From contig NC_068999.1 of assembly GCF_001194135.2 (NCBI RefSeq), forward strand, positions 9,967,930-10,001,147: a stretch of 33,218 bases of DNA, given 5' to 3'. The notes beneath the pieces are model-generated. The model did not search any database and was not told the DNA's origin. It worked only from the letters and a program-made list of their open reading frames with translations. A program made the position numbers and the translations under genes. This DNA is from Octopus bimaculoides (taxonomy: Eukaryota). Shown here piece after piece: positions 10,586 through 21,654 of the stretch; position 1 is the first letter of the stretch, and every line of letters begins with the position of its first letter.

Positions 10586-11780
10586 AAAGAGGAGAGTGGT
10601 GGTGATTGCGGTGGTAGCGGTGCATTTGTTTTTGCTGTTGTTGTTGTCGTTGTTGTGGCATGGAAGCAAACCAAAAAAGAAAAACTCAGAAATATGAAGA
10701 AATAAAGTAAAATAATGCAAATTATCACAAATAGCAACACGAACAACAACGACAACAAAAGCAAAAACAACACCAGCAAATATTTCATTAAAAACATGTC
10801 AACACCTCTCTTCGTTATAACTCCACGACCCACCACCACCACCACCACCACCACCCGTCAAAAAAAAAAATTAAAGGCCAAGAACAAAAGCAACATTAAA
10901 GAAAAACTGAACTGCTACATAGCAGACATAATTCTAAGGAGCTCTTTACTATTAAGCTATCAATAACATGTTCACATATAAAGAATTTGTATATGAATTT
11001 ATATGTGTGTGTGTGTGTGTGTGTGTGTTTACATGTTTATATATATGCGTGTGTGTGTATGTGTGTGTATATGTATGTATCTCTCTCTCTCTCTCTGTAT
11101 ATATATATATCAATTCAATACACATGCCGAGGAGCTACTGATAGTTTCATGCTTTTATGATACTTTAACTGGGCATAGTTTTAAAAATACGCATTTAGGT
11201 TCTGTCTATGCCCAGGGTAATGAGAAGACGGGAAGAAAACTAGAAGAATGTTGCTGCAAATAATCTAACGAGAAAAGAAAAAAAGACGATAGCAAGAATA
11301 CCAGGATCCCTGTCCTTCCTGGTTATCGCAGGAAGCAAAATTAATGCGTTTAGTGTAGAACATTGAAACAGAAAATATGTCAGAATTTGCGTGACAGGAG
11401 CTCCCTCCGGAGCGGAAAGTGTTCTTATGTTCGGCAACCGAATCCTGTCTATCTGTTTGCACTCGCTAAAAATTTCATATCTACAATTAAGCATTGTGCT
11501 GAAATTGGATCTAAGAAGAATATGAATTTGTTCTGCTACGCATTTGTTGCATTTCTTAGTGCCATTAATATATGGCTTGGATTTCTCTTCGATTTTCCAC
11601 TCGACTGTAAGTTATGCGAAGATGGTCTTCACACTTGATACGTGGCTAGATAATTTAATTACATTACTTTTGTCGATGTGCTAGAAAGAAGGTAGGTGGT
11701 TCGCATAACGGGTTTTGAAATTGTCTTCACATAACCCAGTCTAATACATCTTTTCAATTATATTATCTTGAAGCGTTACG

Positions 11781-11821
11781 GGTACTTATTTTATCGACCC
11801 CAAAACCATGTAAGGCAAAGT
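11781..11821 (-). mobile_element. SINE central-domain fragment (same family as 9195-9376)
   Basis: GGTACTTATTTTATCGACCCCAAAACCATGTAAGGCAAAGT is the reverse complement of the ACTTTGCCTT..GGGGTCGATAAAATAAGTACC domain. Confidence 0.7.
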
Positions 11822-12027
11822 ATACATTATATATATTATATATTTGACAATAGCATTTTTACGAATTTTATACACAACTTTCCTTCTCTGTCGCTTCCTT
11901 GTCGATGTTGTTTTACCTGTTGCTTTTGCTGTTTTGTACCTTCATTATTCCCTTATTCATATAATTTTTAGTTACAATAATAACACACATAACACCAAAC
12001 ATAATGGCAATAAAGAGAATCCTACGT

Positions 12028-12148
12028 ATTATAGGCACAGCGAGTGAAATTGATGGGGATAGGGATCTACTCGATTATATCAACATCCCCGCTACACACA
12101 GAGTGCTTGACTGGAACTCATCTAATCGATCTCATTGGGATCAAAGCC
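12028..12148 (-). mobile_element. Degenerate SINE 3' half (same family as 9195-9376)
   Basis: ATAGGCACAG..GAAATT..GGGGA..TCGATTATATCAAC..AGTGCTTGACTGGAACTCATCTAATCGATCTC aligns by eye with 9200-9270. Confidence 0.55.
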
Positions 12149-13184
12149 ATACTTTGATTCTTCAGTCTGCACTACGTCTTTGATTGATGTATTCTCTGTT
12201 GGCAGTTGTGAGTAGTCCTGAGAAAACCTCGAGTTCCCTCGTGGATCATCAGTATTTAGTTGTCAGGTAAACATGATCCAGCGTAAGTGATTAAGTGTGA
12301 AATCCACACTCATGAGTTGTCTGCACCGTACCGCAAAGGTGACAACAAACCAACAGCTAACGCCTGTACCAGTAACTTTGGTATTAAAAATTTGTATAGC
12401 CTTTTGCCATGTTGAGTTAATGACTAGGATTATTTTCCGGCTTCATTCTCACGATTAAACAACCAGTCACATGCTGCCATATGGCCTGACACTTCTAAAG
12501 AACACATCCTTCCACACACCGTACAGAGGTTCCTGCAACGCTAGCAAAAGGTGTGTAGCTATTGGAAATGCATTGGTTTTTGTCATTTTAATTTGAATTT
12601 TCGCTATTTTCTTTTCCCTTTCTGTTTCTCAAATTAGAGCTGTTGAGTTTTATAAGTATGGCTCTTTAAAAGCTATAGGATTTTTTTTCAATTTTCCTTA
12701 CATTTTTCTTTTACTGACCAATTGTATTTTCAGACACAATGCACGGATGGCTAGCTATAGGCGTTTTTCGTGCTATGACCATCATTCACTATTATATATG
12801 TGAATATTTTCTAAGAAGAATCTCGAAGGCAAATGGTTCAGGCGCCATAAGATATACACATGCTTTAAACTGTTTAGAAGAGACTACAGTCAAAAGAAAA
12901 AAAAAAGAAAACAAGCGCAAAAATGGGGATCGATGTTTTAATATTTTGAAATATTTTGTGAGTGATAATGAACAAAATAGTATAACTGTGATGAAATATC
13001 ATCGAAACGAACAAGAAAAGCAATAGAAAAAAAACAAACAACGCCACGACCAAAAGTAAGTAATGAAATAAGTAGAATTAAGGCCAATTACAACAAGAAC
13101 AATAGCAACATGAAAAAAAAAACAAGAAGAGAAGCAATAAAAATAACAAGTGCAGCAATACCAGCGACAACAGAAATAATATCA

Positions 13185-13254
13185 ATAAAAATAAAAATAA
13201 TAATGATAATAATAATAATGATTATAATATTAGTAGTAGTAGTAGTAGTAGTAC

Positions 13255-13312
<58 letters not shown>

Positions 13313-13355
13313 TGTAGTAGTAGTAGTAGCAATAGTAGTAGTAGTAATGATGATG

Positions 13356-13428
<73 letters not shown>
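13185..13428. repeat. Compound (TAA)n-(TAG)n-(TGA)n-(TAA)n microsatellite
   Basis: Directly visible. Confidence 0.95.
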
Positions 13429-13429
<1 letters not shown>

Positions 13430-13608
13430 GGAAGGTAATTGCATACGATTCTAAATATTCAAAATGTATAAGTAACTTAACTGATGTTCCATATATAGGA
13501 CTTTATATGTGCGTGCACATGTGTGTGTGAGTGTGCGCGCGTGTGTGTATGCTTCTGTGTCTGTGTGTGAGAGTGTGTCAGACCATTTATGCAGGTGTTT
13601 ATACATAC

Positions 13609-13668
<60 letters not shown>

Positions 13669-13738
13669 ATATATGCATATATGTATATATACCGTGCTTG
13701 TGTACGCGTGCGCAGGTGTATCCGCAAGTAGTTGTCAA

Positions 13739-13773
<35 letters not shown>

Positions 13774-14066
13774 GTATGTGTGTTTGTATGGCAGTAGATA
13801 TATATATATATATATTTGTGAGTGAGTACTATATGGCTAAGAGTGGGTGTTTGTGAAACAAGGAACAATAAAAATACTTCCTGGAGTGCATCGATAAATA
13901 TCATATCTTGAGGCGAAGAACATATATAAATAGAAAATAGGAAAGTAGCAAAATATCAACACATCTTCCATAGTTATATTTTTCGCCCTGAGTGGAATAT
14001 ACTTTCTATTTTCCCCACCTATCTCTTCCTCTTCACTTTATGTTTATTGTTCTCTCTATCACTTCA

Positions 14067-14200
14067 TCTCTCCTTCTCTCTCTGTCCCTCTTTCACCCTC
14101 TCTCTCCCTCTCTCACCCTTTCTCCCACCCTCTATCTCTCTCCCTCTCTCTCTCTCCCTCTCTCTCCCTCTCTCTCCCTCTCTCATCCTCTCTCTCCCTG

Positions 14201-14241
<41 letters not shown>

Positions 14242-14250
14242 ATATATATA
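14067..14250. repeat. CT-rich polypyrimidine tract with CTCTCTCCCT units, then (TATC)n and (TA)n
   Basis: About 130 nt of almost pure pyrimidine on the + strand (14067-14199). Confidence 0.9.
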
Positions 14251-15076
14251 NNNNNNNNNNNNNNNNNNNNNNNNNNNNNNNNNNNNNNNNNNNNNNNNNN
14301 NNNNNNNNNNNNNNNNNNNNNNNNNNNNNNNNNNNNNNNNNNNNNNNNNNNNNNNNNNNNNNNNNNNNNNNNNNNNNNNNNNNNNNNNNNNNNNNNNNNN
14401 NNNNNNNNNNNNNATATATATGTGTGTATATACATATATACACACATAAATGTACGCATATAACCATACCTATCTCTCTACTTATCTATCTATCTATCTA
14501 TCTATCTAACCGTCTATAAATATGTTTGTGTATCTATATACATAAACACATACATCGACATGTATACACACAGAAATATATATGTATTCGAATAACTGTG
14601 TCTATGTATATGCACATATATGTCTATGTTACTTAAATAGCCTATAAATTAATCTACACACGCTCACACAGTCCCTCACATGTTAAAGTACAAAATTTAA
14701 CATATATTTCACATACTATAAACAATAATATTAGAATTTAAAATTCAACTGCCAACGGATATACTGAGACGTTGACAGCAAAGAGATCCGTCAAATATTA
14801 AACAAAAACATAGACTTTATCTTATCTTTAGCTGCCTCGTCGGATATCATGATAGTTTCGACACATAATATATCTCATAAATCGATGCTTTCTACAGCAA
14901 CAAAAATAAATAAATAGATTAAGGCAAGAAAAAAACAAAAACAAAAAAGAGAACTTGAACTATGTGTAAGAAAGATCGTGTAATATGAAAATAATGTAAA
15001 TAAATGTTAAATTCAACCATATGACTGGTAGAAAATCTCTACTCGTGTTGCATACATGCACATATACATATGTATG

Positions 15077-15107
<31 letters not shown>

Positions 15108-15454
15108 NNNNNNNNNNNNNNNNNNNNNNNNNNNNNNNNNNNNNNNNNNNNNNNNNNNNNNNNNNNNNNNNNNNNNNNNNNNNNNNNNNNNNNNNNNNNN
15201 NNNNNNNNNNNNNNNNNNNNNNNNNNNNNNNNNNNNNNNNNNNNNNNNNNNNNNNNNNNNNNNNNNNNNNNNNNNNNNNNNNNNNNNNNNNNNNNNNNNN
15301 NNNNNNNNNNNNNNNNNNNNNNNNNNNNNNNNNNNNNNNNNNNNNNNNNNNNNNNNNNNNNNNNNNNNNNNNNNNNNNNNNNNNNNNNNNNNNAACTTAC
15401 TTGGAAGAGGTTGCGCGGCGTTTTTTAAAATATAAATAGTATATATACTATTGC

Positions 15455-16447
15455 GTATCGCGCAAAACAGTTTCACAGAGGTTATGATGTTCTGGGTTTC
15501 TTGCTCGGGCACCGGCAAAGAAACTTATGATCTCCAAGAAGAATGAAAGAGCCCGTCTTCGTTTCGCCAAGGAGCATGTCTTTTGGACAGAAGAACAGTG
15601 GTCGCAGGTTCATTTCAGTGATGAATCGAAGTTTAATGTGGTTGGCTTCGATGGCGAGATATACGTCCTACGTATATAAATGTTATCTCGTGCATTTGGG
15701 AAGAGAACAAGGAAATATGGAGGAGGCAGTGTAATGGTATGGGGAGTGATCTCTGCTTCTGGACCTGGTCCACCTATTCGCCTACTAGGGACTGTCAATG
15801 CTGAAATCTTCAAGCAGTTTCTTAGACAGCATGCCCTCCACATCTCCAATCCTCGTCAGTTCAACCTCTTATCTTCGTGTAGGACAAAGCTCCCTGTCAC
15901 ACTGCGAAGAGAGCCAAAGATTGTTTGCGTGATGAAAGCGGTTTATCTCATGAACTGGCCACCTCAAATTCCCGATCTCAACCCTGTAGAAAACGCTTGG
16001 AAGATTACTGGAAATGGGGCGTGAAGGAGAAATCCAAAGAACCAAGATGAAATTTAGGAATTATTGAAAAACGAATGGAACAATATTACTCGATCATCTT
16101 GCAAGAAATTAATTCAGTCCTGTGGTAATATATGTCAGGAGGTGATTGATCGTAAAGGGATGTTCACAAAATATTAATAGTATGGGTTTCTTTTTTGTTC
16201 TTGTCCCAGTTTTCATTGTTTTTCTAAGCGATCCTTAACATTTGGCAGTTGCAGTTTGGAAGATTACTTGTTGATTTTCTCATAACTAGCGAACTATTTA
16301 CTCGATTCACATGAAATTTTCACGAAAGATAGATATTAGTTATACCTAAATATGTGTAATATGTCTAGCCTCAACGTTTGTTAATCTTCTATGATAAATA
16401 TTTCAATACGCGTCTTCTTACTGACACTTATATTATGGCCACTACTG
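15455..16447 (+). mobile_element. Tc1-family (DD34E) transposon remnant: frameshifted transposase pseudogene (15455-16177) plus putative 3' TIR
   Basis: The + strand reads SRKTVSQRL..APAKKLMISKKNERARLRFAKEHVFWTEEQWSQVHFSDESKFN, then KYGGGSVMVWGVISASGPG, FVQDKAPCHTAKR, LMNWPPQIPDLNPVENAW and a C-terminal ..VIDRKGMFTKY*. The FSDES, GGGSVMVWG, QDNAPxH and WPxQSPDLNPIE motifs are diagnostic of Tc1. D-to-E spacing is 34 after removing a 1-nt insertion. A probable right TIR end (..TATGGCCACTACTG) lies at 16447. Confidence 0.9.
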
Positions 16448-17105
16448 TTTATAAAAGACTAAAAATTGGTTTGTTTCGGTATTCGCCAAACTTTTCAGGG
16501 AATATTGACATACTATCATTTACTAGAGAAGCAGAACCATTATGAGAACATAAAATATTTAATGAATTAAAAATATATAGTAATGGCATTTATTTTGTCA
16601 AGTATGTTCAAAATTTTAATATGAAACTGCGCCTTTGCTTTTAGTGGTAGTACAAACTTCTTTTAGTACGGTAACACACACAGACAAACACACACCCAAG
16701 GGTAGGTAGATAGATATATAGATATAGATATCTATATATATNNNNNNNNNNNNNNNNNNNNNNNNNNNNNNNNNNNNNNNNNNNNNNNNNNNNNNNNNNN
16801 NNNNNNNNNNNNNNNNNNNNNNNNNNNNNNNNNNNNNNNNNNNNNNNNNNNNNNNNNNNNNNNNNNNNNNNNNNNNNNNNNNNNNNNNNNNNNNNNNNNN
16901 NNNNNNNNNNNNNNNNNNNNNNNNNNNNNNNNNNNNNNNNNNNNNNNNNNNNNNNNNNNNNNNNNNNNNNNNNNNNNNNNNNNNNNNNNNNNNNNNNNNN
17001 NNNNNNNNNNNNNNNNNNNNNNNNNNNNNNNNNNNNNNNNNNNNNNNNNNNNNNNNNNNNNNCATATATGCACATGTACATACATACATGCGTACATATA
17101 TACTT

Positions 17106-17108
<3 letters not shown>

Positions 17109-17159
<51 letters not shown>
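17109..17159. repeat. (GT)n microsatellite
   Basis: Directly visible. Confidence 0.95.
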
Positions 17160-17162
<3 letters not shown>

Positions 17163-18239
17163 CATATGAATGTTTATCTTAATGTTCGAATATATAAATA
17201 TGGACTTCTACCTTTGTAAAAAAACTATAAAATAATGCTGAAGTCAGTACGTTTGTCTTTCAATTCAACCGTAGAAATCGTCTCAGCATTTACTTTGATA
17301 GCATTAATAGTTTTCGTAGTTGATGAAAAAGAACAGCAATGTGTTTATACTGAATTTATAATAATGATTTTAAAAGATAAACAACACTACATAATAAATA
17401 AGAGAACAAAAAGAGTAAATTTTATGACGTAATTCTAAATCGATCGTGACAGATGATCGTGTGATAGAAGGTGTATCCATACGTATATACAGACACCTTT
17501 GTGAACAAAACAAACATATGTATGCACGTAAGTGTATGTGTGTGTGTGAATGTGTTTTGTGTGTGTTCGTACACATGTATTATCAATGGGTTTCCTGTTT
17601 TTCCTTAAGAAATCCGTTGCTCTGGAGACTCTGTGAGTCGGTTTTTCGGTTACAGGAAAACATCTTCCTTTCCTCCCCTGACAGTTAAGTCCCCAGCAGA
17701 AGATATTGTCATGGGCCATGACACCCGCTCCTGATCACACACACGCACACACGCGCACCTATTTAGCTTATCGAGAAGAAGCGCTAAATTCCTTTCGCAT
17801 ATGATTCCTTTCACATAATTCTTTCCACTTATGATCACCAGTTACAGAGAAATATTACTGCATATGATGCATACGGTCACCTATAAGCACATACATCTAG
17901 ATTCAGATGCACACTCATAGCCATACATAAACTCAAATATCCGTGTATATGCTTGATTTGTGGATTAACTGGGCAACCAATGGCTTTATATGATGATGTC
18001 TTTACAATTAATTGAGCGAACCACATGAGAGTGTTGGTACTCGAATCGAAGCAAAGATATATATATATNNNNNNNNNNNNNNNNNNNNNNNNNNNNNNNN
18101 NNNNNNNNNNNNNNNNNNNNNNNNNNNNNNNNNNNNNNNNNNNNNNNNNNNNNNNNNNNATATGAATATGTGTGTACGTAGGTATGTATGTGACGGCGTC
18201 ACTTACACATTTGGTTACACGTGTGTGTGTGTGTGTGTA

Positions 18240-18500
18240 CAGGATTGGCCAAACGTCATCTGACAGTAAATCAAAACATGTAATTCCAAGATTAAAACAA
18301 AACATTATTTTATATGTGACTTCACCAATAAAAAGACAAATGTTGGAACAAAAAAAAAAAAAAGAAAAAATGAGAAATTGGTGATTTTTACTCACAGCAT
18401 TCAATTATTAAACATTCATAATTGGAATGAATAAATAAAATTGAATATTACGTATTTATGAAATTTTGATTTACTGTCAAGTGACTTCTGGCCAACACTG
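18240..18500. mobile_element. Tc1/mariner-type MITE, 261 bp, 37-bp imperfect TIRs, TA target-site duplication
   Basis: Left TIR CAGGATTGGCCAAACGTCATCTGACAGTAAATCAAAA (18240-18276) versus the reverse complement of 18464-18500, CAGTGTTGGCCAGAAGTCACTTGACAGTAAATCAAAA: 31/37 identical. TA flanks both sides (18238-18239 and 18501-18502). The interior is AT-rich and non-coding. Confidence 0.85.
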
Positions 18501-18730
18501 TATATTGAGAAATACGTTGACAAATACGTAGATAGTCTGATACATAGATACATAGATTGACATGTAGGTAGATAGATGGAAAGGTGCCAAAGCAAAAAAA
18601 TATATAAACAAGCACACATAAGTACACAAAAACACACACACACACACAGAGTCTATGATTGTCAGAAAGCCATAAATTTATATGTATTCACAAGCGAAAC
18701 TGCATAACTATAACTAGGAATGCATAAATA

Positions 18731-18752
18731 CATACATACATACATACATACA

Positions 18753-18781
<29 letters not shown>
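18731..18781. repeat. (TACA)n microsatellite
   Basis: Directly visible. Confidence 0.95.
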
Positions 18782-18784
<3 letters not shown>

Positions 18785-19348
18785 CGCGCGCATAAAACCT
18801 TATCGAAAATATTTGTGACCAAAAGAGAATGACTTGCACAAATGCTTTAAAATAACAAATACAAATGGATCTTGTGTAAATGCAATCATCTAATTACCTA
18901 AGAATTTATTTCATTTTCTTTTATATTTAAAGCGTTCGCCATTTCAGAGATTTTTTTAAGGATTCACACTCAATATTGTACATAGTTGCTGTTTATTTTA
19001 TTTTCTTTTCTTTTCTTAATGGAAGTTATCAGACGAAACTACAGACAAACATAAGACGCATACGCTTGATGTCGTACATATATACAAGCATGTATACATG
19101 CCGGTATATATACATAGCTACATGCATACATAAACACACAAGCAGACACAGACGTCAGTAGGTTGTATATGTGCTTGCGTGTCAATGCGTAGGTGTGTGC
19201 GATTGCATGTATGTATATATATGCATGCAGTCATATATGTATATATATGTATGTATGTGTGTATGCTTGTATGTATACATCTCTGGGTTTGCGTGTGCAT
19301 GTATATAGGTATGTGTATGCATCTGCTCGTGCAGGCATTTGCACACGT

Positions 19349-19394
<46 letters not shown>

Positions 19395-19562
19395 CTACAC
19401 CCGCGTACTTCTATCTTTGTGAATGCGTGTATCGCTGAGTAACGGCAAGAATGCTCAAACATATTCGCAAAATGGAGATAAAAGTAAAGAAGAAGAATGA
19501 AATACTCAAATACATATATACTTACACAGTTATCCAGCATGCATATGTGTGTAGTCTGTGTG

Positions 19563-19564
<2 letters not shown>

Positions 19565-19648
<84 letters not shown>

Positions 19649-19692
19649 TGTGTGTCTGTGTGTGTCTGTGTCTGTGTGTGTGAATATGTATA

Positions 19693-19732
<40 letters not shown>
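19565..19732. repeat. (TA)n-(TG)n-(TATC)n compound microsatellite
   Basis: Directly visible. Confidence 0.95.
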
Positions 19733-20358
19733 NNNNNNNNNNNNNNNNNNNNNNNNNNNNNNNNNNNNNNNNNNNNNNNNNNNNNNNNNNNNNNNNNNNN
19801 NNNNNNNNNNNNNNNNNNNNNNNNNNNNNNNNNNNNNNNNNNNNNNNNNNNNNNNNNNNNNNNNNNNNNNNNNNNNNNNNNNNNNNNNNNNNNNNNNNNN
19901 NNNNNNNNNNNNNNNNNNNNNNNNNNNNNNNNNNNNNNNNNNNNNNNNNNNNNNNNNNNNNNNNNNNNNNNNNNNNNNNNNNNNNNNNNNNNNNNNNNNN
20001 NNNNNNNNNNNNNNNNNNNNNNNNNNNNNNNNNNNNNNNNNNNNNNNNNNNNNNNNNNNNNNNNNNNNNNNNNNNNNNNNNNNNNNNNNNNNNNNNNNNN
20101 NNNNNNNNNNNNNNNNNNNNNNNNNNNNNNNNNNNNNNNNNNNNNNNNNNNNNNNNNNNNNNNNNNNNNNNNNNNNNNNNNNNNNNNNNNNNNNNNNNNN
20201 NNNNNNNNNNNNNNNNNNNNNNNNNNNNNNNNNNNNNNNNNNNNNNNNNNNNNNNNNNNNNNNNNNNNNNNNNNNNNNNNNNNNNNNNNNNNNNNNNNNN
20301 NNNNNNNNNNNNNNNNNNNNNNNNNNNNNNNNNNNNNNNNNNNNNNNNNNNNNNNNNN

Positions 20359-20504
20359 TAAGAGGAATGACCAGCAAAAGTGGACTCCTATATGTCTGTT
20401 GTGTCGCTGAATTTTTACTGAGAACATATATTTTTTTCGTGGTTAGATGATTCGGCATCTATTTCTAGCATATAGGAGTCCACTTTTGCTGGTCATTCCT
20501 CTTA
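20359..20504. repeat. Perfect 36-bp inverted repeat with a 74-bp spacer
   Basis: TAAGAGGAATGACCAGCAAAAGTGGACTCCTATATG (20359-20394) is the exact reverse complement of 20469-20504. Confidence 0.95.
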
Positions 20505-20606
20505 TTTTTGTGTGTATATATATATATATATATATACGTACTTAGAAATAGGTATATGATATATTCTAGTGTACATATATATGCATATATATATATTATT
20601 GTATTG

Positions 20607-20637
<31 letters not shown>

Positions 20638-21654
20638 CATACACACATATAAAGTGGAGAAGAGAGAGAGAAAGAGACTCGTGCATAACATGCGTATAAT
20701 ATATAGGCAGCAGGCTCGTGTGTAAGTTTCGAGTAACAGTTCGTCACGAAAGCACATGATATATTCTATTAAAGAACCATATGTTTTGGTAGCTTTTTGA
20801 CATTGCAGATGGCCATTGCCCTCTGCTCCCAACTCTGTATCATCGTCTCCGTTACCAACATCACCTTGTATTTGTGCTGTTGCTGTTGTTGTTGCTGTTG
20901 TTTATTTAGGGCACGTGGTTAATTACCCCAACCCCGACACAGCACCACCACCAACTACAACACAAAGGCCTTAAACTTCTGGTTCAATGGACTTTACCAA
21001 AAGGTCTGTACTATCTGTTGATGTACATATACGGTTCATTTAATAAAAAGTATTGTATGTAACAATTTTTCCCTCCCCACACACACCTATCACAAACATA
21101 AACGGGTTAAACTAATTACACGCAACAATATTAACCCTCTGTGCACCGACATTGATCTCAAAATAACAGGGATTTTTAATGCTTATTTACCACTGCATGT
21201 AAGTCTTCAGATGTGTAGAATACGTAATTATTTTACAAGCATGTTACGTATTATTTTGTCTCTGTATGTGCACAAGTTTGTTTCAAAAAATGGTGGAAGA
21301 CGTTGACTCTACGGCAGCATGTCTTGACTACGTCGCTTCTATGTATGTGAGTGAACACGCGTTTGTGCGTGACTGAATAGAAATGTTTACGTGACGGTCT
21401 GAGAGCTGTTGCTCTGCGTTTGAATTTCCGTTACTTTCCTTCATTCACTGACAGGTTGCTTCGTTATGTTCTTCATGTTGCTGTTGTCATTCATACTTCT
21501 TTACTGTGCAGTATTCGTACACACACACGTACACACACACATACACACACATAAAAAGCACACACGCATACACTCACACACTCATGCACACACATATACA
21601 CACACGAATCACATAAAGAAACAAAAACGCACACATTGTTTTTAATAATAGTTA

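Noticed and set aside
11376-11415. AGAATTTG..CAGG resembling the U7 snRNA Sm site
   Set aside because: The Sm-site core differs (CGTGA versus TCTAG), and there is no upstream histone-downstream-element complement or long terminal U7 hairpin.
11385-11449. HDV-like ribozyme reading of the cloverleaf (ends CGAA-TCCTGTC)
   Set aside because: P1 does not pair (only 4 of 7 positions), P1.1 GG is absent and L3 lacks the conserved G, so the nested-hairpin fold fits better.
13088-13454. Poly-I/T/V ORFs, and similar homopolymer ORFs at 10434-10854, 24409-24729 and 26252-26907
   Set aside because: Translations of trinucleotide microsatellites with no domain content or splice context.
21131-21200. TTAA-CCCT possible piggyBac left end
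   Set aside because: No matching downstream AGGG-TTAA terminus and no transposase trace in the window.
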